From assembly GCA_944381325.1 (NCBI GenBank), contig CALWKS010000005.1, forward strand, positions 38,827-102,826: 64,000 nt of DNA. The letters run 5' to 3'. Below, piece by piece: positions 9,329 through 18,530 of the stretch; the stretch's first letter is position 1; every line of letters starts with the position of its first letter. A program made the translations under genes and the position numbers. The notes below the pieces were generated by a model. That model saw only the letters and a program-made list of their open reading frames with translations. It searched no databases and was not told where the DNA came from. This stretch comes from an uncultured Christensenellaceae bacterium. Lineage in GTDB: Bacteria > Bacillota > Clostridia > Christensenellales > UBA3700.

Positions 9329-10486
9329 ATGAAAAAGCATACAGGATTAAAAGTTTTTATTGCCGTATTGGCGTCTATAGTTGTGGTCGTCGGGGCTTTT
9401 GCGGCGGGTTTTGCACTCAGTTCGGTAAAGGGGACGCCCAGTGCCGAAGTATGGGAGGCGGATATGGAGTACAAAATAGAGAATACAATTACGTTGCAGA
9501 AAACGCCGGGTAAGGATTTCGTTGTTCTCAATCTGACTGATATCCAGTATAACGACTTCCTCGATATAGGTCGTCGTAAATACACGGAAGAAACGGTGCG
9601 AGAGCTTGTGGAGAGAGTCAAGCCTGATCTTATCACTATGACGGGAGATCAGATATGGGCGCCTTTCGTCAAATATTCTATCGAAGATCTGATAGAATTT
9701 ATGGACAGTTTTAAGATCCCGTGGGCTCCCGTAAACGGCAATCACGACGGTGAAGGCAACGTCGATCTCAACGCAGCTGCAGAAAAGTATGCCGAGTCAG
9801 GGTATTGCTTGTTCAGAAAAGGTCCCGGAAATATAGGCGGCGTGGGCAATTATGTTATAAACGTCATGGAAGGCGACGTGATAGTTGAGTCGCTTATCAT
9901 GATGGATTCAGGCTCAAGTGCGGATTTTGACGACCTTGCAGACGAGGACAAGCTGTACGGATGGGAGCTTGACGACGACTTTGAACTGAAAAGAGATTCT
10001 GAAGGCAATCTGATTCAAAGGCAGATAGGTCACGACTACGATTATTTAAAACCTTCGCAGACAGAATGGTATCGTTGGTGCGTACGAGGTGCGGCGGCTT
10101 ATAACGAAAGCAAAGGCGCGCCCGCTCCTGAATCCGCGTTGTTCATACATATCGCTCTGCCTGAATATTATTACGCATATTGCGATTATCTGATCGACGG
10201 AAAAAGCGAGGAATACGGCTTCTTCGGAGCAATGAGGGAGGACGTGTGTTGCAGCAAGAAAAACAGCGGAATGTTTGACGCGATACTTGAAGAGGGCAGC
10301 ACGAAATACGTGTTTGCAGGACACGATCACGTCAATGACTTTTCTCTGATATATAAGGGAGTAAGGCTTACGTACGCTCTAAAGACGGGCGACAGATGTT
10401 ATGCCGACGACGACGTCAACGGCGGCACCGTGTTCAGAATAGGAGAGAAAAGAAGCGTAAATCACGAATATGTTGATATAGATTGA
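9329..10486 (+). CDS. Membrane-anchored calcineurin-like metallophosphoesterase
   Basis: N-terminal TM helix. Metallophosphoesterase motifs: LTDIQ, MTGDQ, GNHDGEGN, GHDHVNDF. Confidence 0.75.
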   Translation: MKKHTGLKVFIAVLASIVVVVGAFAAGFALSSVKGTPSAEVWEADMEYKIENTITLQKTPGKDFVVLNLTDIQYNDFLDIGRRKYTEETVRELVERVKPDLITMTGDQIWAPFVKYSIEDLIEFMDSFKIPWAPVNGNHDGEGNVDLNAAAEKYAESGYCLFRKGPGNIGGVGNYVINVMEGDVIVESLIMMDSGSSADFDDLADEDKLYGWELDDDFELKRDSEGNLIQRQIGHDYDYLKPSQTEWYRWCVRGAAAYNESKGAPAPESALFIHIALPEYYYAYCDYLIDGKSEEYGFFGAMREDVCCSKKNSGMFDAILEEGSTKYVFAGHDHVNDFSLIYKGVRLTYALKTGDRCYADDDVNGGTVFRIGEKRSVNHEYVDID

Positions 10487-10681
10487 TTATATCAATAAAT
10501 AACATACGCGCTTGCGGATTTGCGGCGCGTTTTTATTTGTAACAATTTATGTGTAAGCCAAATTGTCGGTGTGATCGATAATATAATGCAAATGCAAGAA
10601 TGTTTTTGCATAAGTCAAATCGTATTGTATTATTTTATACGCTGTGGTACAATATAATAAATAAACCGCGGAGGTCAAACG

Positions 10682-11008
10682 ATGAACACATTGTTTATAA
10701 AAATTTATATGACAGACGGCAATGCAGACTGGCTTGAAAGAAAAGGCGTTTATCTGAAAGAGGTTACTGAATTCAGGTCAAAAGCGGCTACTGTCTACAG
10801 CCTTGACGCTCATATCGCAATCATACCCACCAGATCTGTATACTGCTGTGTGGCAGAGGTCGAATGCGACAAGGTACTGAATGAGGAAAAGAAAGATATC
10901 GATGAGATAATAAGAAAACTCACTGAAGATTACGTCGAGGAGCAGAGCGGTGCGGTCGTTCGTCCTTCAGACGTAAAGATTATCTACCGTCAGTCAGCTT
11001 CTTATTGA
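10682..11008 (+). CDS. Hypothetical 108-aa acidic cytoplasmic protein
   Basis: Strong RBS GGAGG 8 nt upstream. Has its own TTGTAT-17-TACAAT promoter and a downstream terminator. No motif recognised. Confidence 0.55.
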   Translation: MNTLFIKIYMTDGNADWLERKGVYLKEVTEFRSKAATVYSLDAHIAIIPTRSVYCCVAEVECDKVLNEEKKDIDEIIRKLTEDYVEEQSGAVVRPSDVKIIYRQSASY

Positions 11009-11027
11009 TAAGATCTTATTAAAAGCA

Positions 11028-11060
11028 AAAGCGCTTTGCTTACGCAAGGCGCTTTTATTT
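11028..11060. terminator. Bidirectional rho-independent terminator between convergent genes
   Basis: 12-bp stem aaagcgctttgc/gcaaggcgcttt flanked by an A-run and a T-run. Confidence 0.6.
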
Positions 11061-11078
11061 TATTCTGATCCAATTGCG

Positions 11079-12947
11079 TTATTTTTGTATTACGGCATAT
11101 GTTGTAAAGTTTATGTCGTTATAATCCTCTGACGTCTGCATGCTTATGTTGAAACACGCGGTATAATATGACAGCTGCGCGGCAGGCAGGGTAACGGGTA
11201 CTTTTATTGTCAGAATTATTTTGCCTTTATCAGGTTCAGATGCAGAAGCTTCAACCGAGCTGCCGAATGTCAGTCCGCTGTTGGTAGTGTGTATGGTGCC
11301 GTGGTCGTCAACGTATTTGTCGACAACGCTTACTTTGAGAGTGTTCAGAAAAGTCGGGTTATAAGCGTTTTCGGCAATGGTCAGGCTGAATTCAAACTTG
11401 CCGTTTTTCAGCGGTGAGCTTATATATTCAAAATAAGCTTCGTTGTCGTTTTTTGTTACCGTATAGTTGAGCGTGATCGGCTCTGAGCCGTAATCTCTCA
11501 GATAATCGCCCCAACGGAAATTTGCTTCGTCAATAAGAGATACGGTAAAAGAGTAGTTCCCCTCGGTCGCAGAGGTGTTCAGTGCGATATAATAGTCATA
11601 TACTGAATTTTCTTTGACGATAATAATTTTCGCGCTTGCTCCTTCATCTCCTGCTATTAGCGGAGTCGTTGAACCGTCGTTGTAGACGGGCAGTTTTTTA
11701 CCTTCAGAATCCCTTACGTCAGTCATCTTAAAGAAAGTAATTGCGGCATCGTTATCGTCTGTAAGAGTCAGAGAATTGAAAAATCTGAATCCGCCTGACG
11801 CATATTCGTTCAGGGTAATTTCTCTGTCTATAACGAGAGCTTCGCCGCTGTAGTCGAATTCAAACAGTCCCGGCTCTATTCCGAAATAGCCTTTTGTAGC
11901 TATAACTTTATACTCTACGTAAAGACCTTCGGTGTCGTAATTGTTTTCGTCAAGAGCAGGAACGAGGGCTCTTTTATATGTTTTGTCAGGAGTGGATACG
12001 CTTACTTCTTCGTCGGGATTGAGCCAGGTGTCGGCAGTTTTCAGATATACGCTTTCACCTGCGCCGTTTACTGCGTAAGCGGTGAAAGAACTGACAAGCA
12101 CGTCAGATATATTTGCATTGCCGGGACCGTCTTCGATGTTGAAATAATATGTTGTCGTCTGAACTTCGGGAGCGGTCATCTCAAGTTTTTCTCTGTTCAC
12201 GGTTACGCGCTTCAGGTCAGTTATTTGACGCGCGTAGTTGCCGCTTTCAGCAACTTCGGCATAGATATAATATTCTCCTGCTGGCATAAGATAACCGAAT
12301 TCAGAATAAGGCGTATAATGTGCGGAGGCTTTTATAAGATCCTTGAAGTTCAGAGAAGAGCCTCCGGAGGTCAGTTCATCGTATTTTTGAACAGTTATGT
12401 AATAAAGCCATACGTTCTCGTCATTGCCCGAGAATATCAATTCGTCGGAATAACCGTTTACCTCGGCGGTCTCGGTAAGGTCGGGCATAAGGCTGTAATT
12501 CCATTTTGACGGAATGCCTGAAAGCGTGTAATTTGCTGAAACGGACGGCAGTATAGTGAAATACACTTTTGCGGTAAAGCCTTTGTATTCGTATATGAAT
12601 TCCCATGATCCTATGTCGTAAACAGACGGGTCGCTTTCAACGGCATTGCCGTCGTGCTTTATTTCTTTCAGTTTGAACTCTGCGTCGGTTTCCGAGATAG
12701 GAGTTTCTGAGCCGTCATCGTAAACGACTTTAAAACTTACGTCGTTTGGGGCAGGGTAATCTCCCTCCTGATCTACGGAGCTTTTATAGAAGAATTCACC
12801 GAGATTGAGCTGATCGAAAGCAAGTCCGTCTTTATCGAGTGCGAGAATTTGTCTGATTTCCAAAGGTTTGTCTTCACATGCTGAAAAACCTGCTATAACG
12901 CATAGAACAAGCGCCGCGGTTATAAGAAAAATCAAGCTTTTTTTCAT
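11079..12947 (-). CDS. Surface lipoprotein of unknown function (622 aa, beta-rich, Ig-like repeat character)
   Basis: I prefer the internal start at 12947 (ATG preceded by AGGAGG) over the ORF-track start at 13193. Signal peptide plus lipobox MKKSLIFLITAALVLCVIAGFSAC. Confidence 0.75.
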   Translation of the reverse strand: MKKSLIFLITAALVLCVIAGFSACEDKPLEIRQILALDKDGLAFDQLNLGEFFYKSSVDQEGDYPAPNDVSFKVVYDDGSETPISETDAEFKLKEIKHDGNAVESDPSVYDIGSWEFIYEYKGFTAKVYFTILPSVSANYTLSGIPSKWNYSLMPDLTETAEVNGYSDELIFSGNDENVWLYYITVQKYDELTSGGSSLNFKDLIKASAHYTPYSEFGYLMPAGEYYIYAEVAESGNYARQITDLKRVTVNREKLEMTAPEVQTTTYYFNIEDGPGNANISDVLVSSFTAYAVNGAGESVYLKTADTWLNPDEEVSVSTPDKTYKRALVPALDENNYDTEGLYVEYKVIATKGYFGIEPGLFEFDYSGEALVIDREITLNEYASGGFRFFNSLTLTDDNDAAITFFKMTDVRDSEGKKLPVYNDGSTTPLIAGDEGASAKIIIVKENSVYDYYIALNTSATEGNYSFTVSLIDEANFRWGDYLRDYGSEPITLNYTVTKNDNEAYFEYISSPLKNGKFEFSLTIAENAYNPTFLNTLKVSVVDKYVDDHGTIHTTNSGLTFGSSVEASASEPDKGKIILTIKVPVTLPAAQLSYYTACFNISMQTSEDYNDINFTTYAVIQK

Positions 12948-13251
12948 AAGACCTCCTTTTTCCGCTATATTGCGGAATGTGCGGTATTCATTTATATGCC
13001 GCAAAGGATAGGGTCTGGGCATGAAAGTAAAATATATCCTTAAGTTTATTTTAACATAGGAAGTTTTATTTGTAAATACCCGATATTTGTAACACTGTTT
13101 TATGAGGGGCGAAATCGGATAAATATTATGTCTTTTAGTCATATTTGTATGACTATTTTGCTTGGTACGCGGATTTAAAAAGACGGAAAACAACAGAAAA
13201 AACCGCTTTGCAGTACAGCAAAGCGGTCAGTATATAAATTTATTGCATTTT

Positions 13252-14559
13252 CTATATATTGTTGATTACTCCTGTGAACAAAGGTATGTCGTTCTGATCG
13301 GTAAGAATAAATCCGAAGGCTTTGTTTACGATAAAATCTTGATACACTTTAGTGTATTCGTCAGGTTCAGATGCGCTGTCGCCGGGGATTGCCACGACAG
13401 CCGCGCCTTCGATACCTTTTTTGTTTACCTCGAGCCTTGTTGCGTGAACGACTTTGGGGCAATACGCTTTTATATCTGTGTTTGAAGTATCGAGCAAAGA
13501 AGAGAAATCGCAGTTATTTTCACTGAACAGAGAAGTTATTCCCATATCTTTGAGAATCTGCATGATATCATTATTGTAAACCGCGTCAAATTCAGGGAAA
13601 ATACAGCGCGTGTAATAGCGAATGCGCGCGTCTTCGTCGATTGATTTGAAATCGGATATCGAGTTCACTTTATCAAGCGTATCTGCGTTGAAAACGTCTT
13701 TGACGGTATATCCGTCGTCAGGTACGATAAATTTGAGTTTGTAGCCGTGATTGGTTTCAGTATAGAACATATTGTATCCGTTGCCGTCGTAAGTTCTGCC
13801 TGCGTTGTAAAGACCTTGGAGAAACTGTTCTTCTTTGTCGCTGCTGAGACCTCTGAACGTGTATTTTTCAGAGGTAAAAGACAGGTCGTTTCCGTCGTCG
13901 AACCATGTGTCTTTTAGATAAAGCGCTGTGATGAGTGTAAAAAGCGTTTCACGGCTGAGTTCAAAATCTATGTCGATAAGTCCTTTTGTATTCTTTTTTA
14001 CAAAATAACTGACTGCGCGGTTGGCGTTTTCGTTGTCATTTGCAAAATCGGCAGAATAGGAGTAACAGAAATATTTCTGAGAAAGAGAATCTATGCAGTT
14101 CTGTCTGAAAGGCAGGTTTTCTGCAAGCCATATCGAATTGGCGACAGACAGTTCTCCCGTTCTGAAATTGTCCTGCATAGAACGGTAGAGCATCGAGTAG
14201 TTTTCAGAAAGCTCAGGATAAGTCGTGGAGAGGACGGAGATTATCTCGTCGCGCGTTTGTCCGTATGAACTTTCTGCAGCCAAGGCAAGCGCCATATAAA
14301 CTGCAACGGGAGAAACCGAAATATTGCCCTCATCGTTGTAACTGTTGTAAACGTTTGCTGAAAAAGCCGAAGAGAATTTTTTCACGCTTTCGCTGATGCT
14401 TTTGTAGCCGTTAGACGACATTTCTTGATAAGACAGAGGCGCGGCTTGGGCTGGAGAGCCGAGTGTGGTGCTTTTGCCTTTATTGTCGCAGGATGCGAAA
14501 AGCGTTGCTGCTATGACAAGACAGGATATTACTGCAATTATTCTTATAGACTTCTTCAT
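13252..14559 (-). CDS. Serpin-family protease inhibitor, lipoprotein-anchored
   Basis: Lipobox LFASC. Serpin hinge/RCL KKGIEGAAVVAIPGDSAS followed by the C-terminal signature FIVNKAFGFILTD...PLFTGVINN. Size of 435 aa is typical for serpins. Confidence 0.8.
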   Translation of the reverse strand: MKKSIRIIAVISCLVIAATLFASCDNKGKSTTLGSPAQAAPLSYQEMSSNGYKSISESVKKFSSAFSANVYNSYNDEGNISVSPVAVYMALALAAESSYGQTRDEIISVLSTTYPELSENYSMLYRSMQDNFRTGELSVANSIWLAENLPFRQNCIDSLSQKYFCYSYSADFANDNENANRAVSYFVKKNTKGLIDIDFELSRETLFTLITALYLKDTWFDDGNDLSFTSEKYTFRGLSSDKEEQFLQGLYNAGRTYDGNGYNMFYTETNHGYKLKFIVPDDGYTVKDVFNADTLDKVNSISDFKSIDEDARIRYYTRCIFPEFDAVYNNDIMQILKDMGITSLFSENNCDFSSLLDTSNTDIKAYCPKVVHATRLEVNKKGIEGAAVVAIPGDSASEPDEYTKVYQDFIVNKAFGFILTDQNDIPLFTGVINNI

Positions 14560-14687
14560 GTTTTCCTCCTTAAAATTGCTGACATGAGTTGTCGCCTTTT
14601 ATCTTATATACTGTCAGAAGTCAGATTTTTTCGGTTTTACGGCAATTTATGTGCTGAGATATAAAACTAAAGGCAGAGTAATCGTAT

Positions 14688-14721
14688 ATAAAAAAGTCCT
14701 TCCCCAAAAGGGAAGGACTTA
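14688..14721 (-). terminator. Rho-independent terminator of the GH3 gene
   Basis: Stem aagtccttccc/gggaaggactt. A T-run follows on the minus strand. Confidence 0.6.
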
Positions 14722-14743
14722 AGTATTAAAGCCGGATCGAGCT

Positions 14744-17197
14744 TCAGTGCTTGCCGTCAAGACGGACAAGCGTTCTCAACGTATTCTTTGCCGCTTCCTG
14801 CATTTCTCCCAGCGTTATGCAACCTTCTTTATCTATCGACTTAATAAGGTCTTTATATTTTTTGTATCCTCCCGTCGAGTAGTTTAGAGTGCCGGGCATA
14901 AGCACGTCCACGCGTGAACGTATTCTGTATGAATTATCCTTTATTTTTTCAAATTCAGGGCTTGTGCTTCTTCTCATCCACCAGTCTGTAATCACCGTGC
15001 CGTCAAAGCCCCATTCTCCGCGCAGTACGGTAAATACCGTATCGTAGTTGTAATGACACCATACGCCGTTAAGTTTGTTGTAAGACGTCATAATGTTTAT
15101 CGGGTTGCTTTCCTTTACGCAGATTTCAAAGCCTTTGAGGTAAATCTCTCTGAGAGCGCGCTCGGATACGCGGCTGTCGTTTACATTGCGTTTTACTTCC
15201 TGGTTGTTGCAAGCGAAGTGCTTGGGACAAGCCGCCTTTCCGCGACTCTGGATTCCGAGAGTGAATGCCGCCGCGAACTTGCCGCTGATAAGCGGGTCTT
15301 CCGAGTAATATTCAAAGTTTCTGCCGCAAAGCGGATTGCGATGGATATTCAGACCCGCACCGAGAAGGACGTCGGTATTGTAATGATTCATTTCTTCAGC
15401 AACTTTCTGATAAAGTTTTTGCACCAGTTTTGTATCCCAGGTGCAGGCAAGCGCCGTGCCGCAGGGCAGCAGAGCATTGTAATGACCTATCCTTATACCA
15501 GCAGGTCCGTCGGTGGTTACGACTGCGCGCACTCCTTTCTGGTTGAGGGATTTGATTATTCCGCCGTATGTGCCTGCATTGCCTGATACGCCCTGAGGCG
15601 CGTTCATACAACCGTATCCTCTCGTCAATGCCTGAAGTTCTTCATTGTCAAGCACGGCGATAAATTCGTCAATAGAGAGTTTGCCTGACAGCACGTCTTT
15701 GAAGTTTTCTCCGTTATAAGGCTTCTGCTTTATCGCTTTGGGCAGATTGTCGGTTATCCTCTTTTTCAGGTCGTAGTTTGCAACGGGGACGTCTTCGTAT
15801 TTTGCAGTTATTTTTCCGTCTTTTTCGATTGCTTTCAGGCGGGGGAACGGGTTCTTTACTTTGCAGACGGGGCTTAAGGTGCAAAGGATCTTATCTTCTT
15901 TAAGAGAGTATTTTCCTGCAACGGTCTGCGCCCTTACGTTGTTGCCGACAAAGAAGACGTATTCTCCTTTTTCGAGAACGTAAGAATATTTGTTGCCCGT
16001 AGCTCCTCCGTCATCATAAGAAGCGTATGAGTAATCGTCGCATTCAAGAGTAATATCAGCGCTTTTTCCCGCTTCTATCACAGGAGTTTTTGCAAAGGCA
16101 GTGAGCACTCTGGAGGGCTTGCCGAGCATTCCTTGCGGCGCGCTTGCGTAAAGCTGAACGACTTCGCGTCCCGCGCGTTTGCCTGTGTTCTTTACCGTAA
16201 CCTCTACGCTTATTCCTTTTTCCGTCTTTGTAAAATTCTTGACCTGTATATCGAAATCGGTATAAGAAAGACCGTATCCGAAAGGATAGAGGACCTTGTC
16301 TTTTGCAAAGGTTTCAAAGTAGCGGTATCCGACAAAGATATCTTCGCGGTATTCGTTGTATTCCAATCCTCCGAAGTTGGGAGACGAAGGGTAGTCTGCA
16401 TAATTTTTGGCAATTGTATCGGCAAGTCTTCCTGACGGGTTTACTACGCCTGTAAGCACGTCGACGACAGAGTTTCCGCTTTCCATACCGCCTTGCCAAG
16501 CGTATACCACCGCGCTCAGCTTGTCGCCGTAATCGAGAGCCCACGACATGTCGACGACGTTGCCTGCGTCTATAACGGCGACAGTCTTTTTGAATGCCGA
16601 GGTTACGCGGTTTAAAAGAGAGGTTTCTTCGTCTGTCAGATAATAGCTGCCTTTAGTCAAGGTGTTTTCTCTGTCTTCTCCCGCGGCGCGTCCTATGACC
16701 ACGACGGCAATATCGCTTTCGCTTGCAGCTGACTTTATAAGAGAGTCGTCTACAGGCGCTTCGGAATAGCACATCGGCCAGTGTCCCCACCAGCCGTCAT
16801 TGGGTTCGTTTTTGGGATTTGAACGCCATTTGAGATAATAATTTCTGACTGCAGGATTTACGGATGCGTAGCCGTTTTTCTCAGCTCTTTGCATGGCTTC
16901 GTCGAAGTTGACTTTGTAGGGCGCGTTTACGTTGCCTCCGCTTCCGTATCCCACATAAAACCAGTCCAGCTGACATCTGCCGAATACTGCGACTTTTGCC
17001 CCGTTTTCAAGAGGTAAAACGCCGTTGTTTTTGAGAAGAACGATACCGTCTGCACCGGATTTTCTTATCAGTTCACCGATGCCGGGGGTTACGTATCTTT
17101 CACCCTCGGCAACGTTTTCTTCCTGCATAAGTCCGTTGCCCGTAAATCTGTCGCTTATTTTCTTGATGAGTTTTTCAATGCTTTTTTTAATGCCCAT
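14744..17197 (-). CDS. GH3 beta-glucosidase/beta-hexosidase with permuted domain order
   Basis: Start at 17197 (ATG with GGAGG RBS) is preferred to 17293. The GH3 C-domain and Fn3-like motifs (VVIGRAAGEDRE, VVQLYASAP) come first. The barrel motifs (GLNIHRNPLCGRNFEYYSEDP, KHFACNNQE, GFDGTVITDWW) come last. Confidence 0.9.
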   Translation of the reverse strand: MGIKKSIEKLIKKISDRFTGNGLMQEENVAEGERYVTPGIGELIRKSGADGIVLLKNNGVLPLENGAKVAVFGRCQLDWFYVGYGSGGNVNAPYKVNFDEAMQRAEKNGYASVNPAVRNYYLKWRSNPKNEPNDGWWGHWPMCYSEAPVDDSLIKSAASESDIAVVVIGRAAGEDRENTLTKGSYYLTDEETSLLNRVTSAFKKTVAVIDAGNVVDMSWALDYGDKLSAVVYAWQGGMESGNSVVDVLTGVVNPSGRLADTIAKNYADYPSSPNFGGLEYNEYREDIFVGYRYFETFAKDKVLYPFGYGLSYTDFDIQVKNFTKTEKGISVEVTVKNTGKRAGREVVQLYASAPQGMLGKPSRVLTAFAKTPVIEAGKSADITLECDDYSYASYDDGGATGNKYSYVLEKGEYVFFVGNNVRAQTVAGKYSLKEDKILCTLSPVCKVKNPFPRLKAIEKDGKITAKYEDVPVANYDLKKRITDNLPKAIKQKPYNGENFKDVLSGKLSIDEFIAVLDNEELQALTRGYGCMNAPQGVSGNAGTYGGIIKSLNQKGVRAVVTTDGPAGIRIGHYNALLPCGTALACTWDTKLVQKLYQKVAEEMNHYNTDVLLGAGLNIHRNPLCGRNFEYYSEDPLISGKFAAAFTLGIQSRGKAACPKHFACNNQEVKRNVNDSRVSERALREIYLKGFEICVKESNPINIMTSYNKLNGVWCHYNYDTVFTVLRGEWGFDGTVITDWWMRRSTSPEFEKIKDNSYRIRSRVDVLMPGTLNYSTGGYKKYKDLIKSIDKEGCITLGEMQEAAKNTLRTLVRLDGKH

Positions 17198-17394
17198 AAC
17201 GCTCCTCTGAAGATAGGATACTTTAATAATAACAAATGCGAGCATGAAGGTCAATATAGGATTTAGAAGTGCGGCGTGATAAAAATAATACAAACGGTTA
17301 AGACGCAGATTATGTTTGAGGCGTAAAACAAATTACGGTATTGACTTATCAGAATCAAAATAATAATTTAAAATTGCAGTAGGAGGGAATTATA

Positions 17395-17832
17395 ATGGAA
17401 GATAAGAACATTAAAAAGAATACGATTTTTTCTGTCATAATTTTTATCCTGTGAATATCTGAAGTTGTGCTCGCTTGTGAGATATATACATGGTATATAG
17501 CAATCATAGAAAGGGGATACGATCCTACTGAAATCACTTATTTTGCAAAATCTTTCGGGTGGTTGCCCATAGCTCTTGTGAGCGTTGCGTTTGCTATGTT
17601 TATCGCGGGGGTAATTACTTATGCGGCAAAACGCAGAAAAATTTCTTTTAAGTCTGAGGCGATCGCGCTTGTTTCAGGGATATTAGTATGCTTGTTTTAT
17701 GCGTTTCCTATAACTACATTCGGGAGAGACATTTCTATGACGGGATATAAAGTAATGACTATTATCTCATGTATCCTGGTTGCCTTATATCTGCTGTGTC
17801 GAGGCACGGTATCTGTCGTAAATTTCTACTAA
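17395..17832 (+). pseudogene. Small membrane-protein gene interrupted by an in-frame TGA at 17452-17454
   Basis: Strong RBS AGGAGGG precedes the ATG at 17395. The first 19 codons (MEDKNIKKNTIFSVIIFIL) run into TGA. The same frame then continues as ISEVVLACEIYTW... to 17832, which is the ORF-track 17467 GTG ORF. Confidence 0.4.
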
Positions 17833-17923
17833 AGCAGAATTAAGCTGAAGGTGGAAAACTGATTTAGGTGTTCCCGTATTGCGCAAAAACAGAAGAGGGA
17901 TTTAATAGTCCTAATATTATGAT

Positions 17924-18332
17924 AGGCGCACCAACAGAGTATTCGGCTGCTTGGCGGCAGCAAAAAAATTGAAGTATTCGCTAATAAACTTGTTGCCAAA
18001 GGCGCAAGTTATTACAAATCGCGAAAGCGGCATAAGTGCCGCCGAATCCCAGTGCACGCTATCGCTTAGCACGAGGAATTCAAGAAATACTTATATGTAC
18101 GGACAACGCAAAAAGACACGCATAAATCTGCGTGCCTTTTAGGTTGGCGCACCATAAGGAATATTCGCAGAGGAACTCATTACGTAAGGCTCAAGTTATT
18201 ACAAACCGCGAAAGCGGCATAAGTGCCGCCGAATCCCTGTGCACGCTATTCGCTTAGCACGAAGGATTCAAGAAATACTTATATGTGCGGACAACGCAAA
18301 AAGACACGCATAAATCTGCGTGCCTTTTTGGT
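17924..18332. repeat. Two tandem ~190-220-bp repeat units downstream of tRNA-Arg, each ending in a copy of the tRNA 3' end
   Basis: Cores 18005-18144 and 18192-18332 are ~140 bp with about 7 differences by eye. Each core contains a hairpin/terminator (cacgca-taaatc-tgcgtg flanked by A/T runs). tggcgcaccataagga at 18145 and ggcgcacca at 17925 copy the tRNA 3' end seen at 18333. Confidence 0.8.
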
Positions 18333-18409
<77 letters not shown>

Positions 18410-18442
18410 AAAATATTTACGGTTTTACCCGATTGCTTAATT

Positions 18443-18471
18443 ATTATAGTTTGATTATTTGATTTTGTCAA
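18443..18471 (-). promoter_or_regulatory. Consensus sigma-70 promoter for tRNA-Arg
   Basis: Minus strand reads TTGACA, 17 nt, TATAAT, about 30 nt upstream of the tRNA. Confidence 0.65.
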
Positions 18472-18494
18472 TGGTTTTGAAGAATAAAATATCT

Positions 18495-18524
18495 TTGACG
18501 GAGATGTAATGCTGATGTTATAAT
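18495..18524 (+). promoter_or_regulatory. Sigma-70 promoter (extended -10) placed for a leaderless transcript of the downstream methyltransferase gene
   Basis: TTGACG, 18 nt, TGtTATAAT. Only 6 nt separate the -10 from the ATG at 18531, and there is no RBS. Confidence 0.6.
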
Positions 18525-18530
18525 ATCAGT

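Noticed and set aside
12948-13193. N-terminal extensions offered by the ORF track. These are 12948-13193, 17198-17293, 23177-23302, 37832-37879, 37960-38091, 47708-47797, 49709-49861, 50002-50088 and 52302-52406.
   Set aside because: In each case an internal ATG or GTG with a good GGAGG-type RBS starts exactly at the conserved N-terminus or signal peptide of the family. The extension overlaps promoter, terminator or neighbouring-gene sequence and encodes implausible peptide.
17452-17454. Genome-wide TGA recoding (genetic code 4 or 25) as the explanation for the in-frame TGA
   Set aside because: TGA is clearly used as a stop for well-supported genes in this window: 1382-1384, metG 25256-25258, nanE 47704-47706 and GH30 52155-52157. 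None of the motif-verified CDS contains an internal TGA.
17951-18142. 63-aa ORF inside repeat unit A, and other 60-110-aa ORFs listed in intergenic or overlapping positions (e.g. 5526-5726 over tRNA-Val, 13162-13485, 14425-14664)
   Set aside because: They have no RBS or a non-canonical start. They overlap tRNA, terminator or better-supported genes, and their sequences are low-complexity or basic junk.
17924-18332. An integrated mobile element or prophage at tRNA-Arg, or a CRISPR-like array
   Set aside because: The duplicated tRNA 3' ends resemble att sites, but the units are only ~190-220 bp. There is no integrase, excisionase or cargo gene anywhere nearby. The repeats are long, with no short repeat/unique-spacer organisation, so this is not a CRISPR array. 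I kept it as a repeat finding only.
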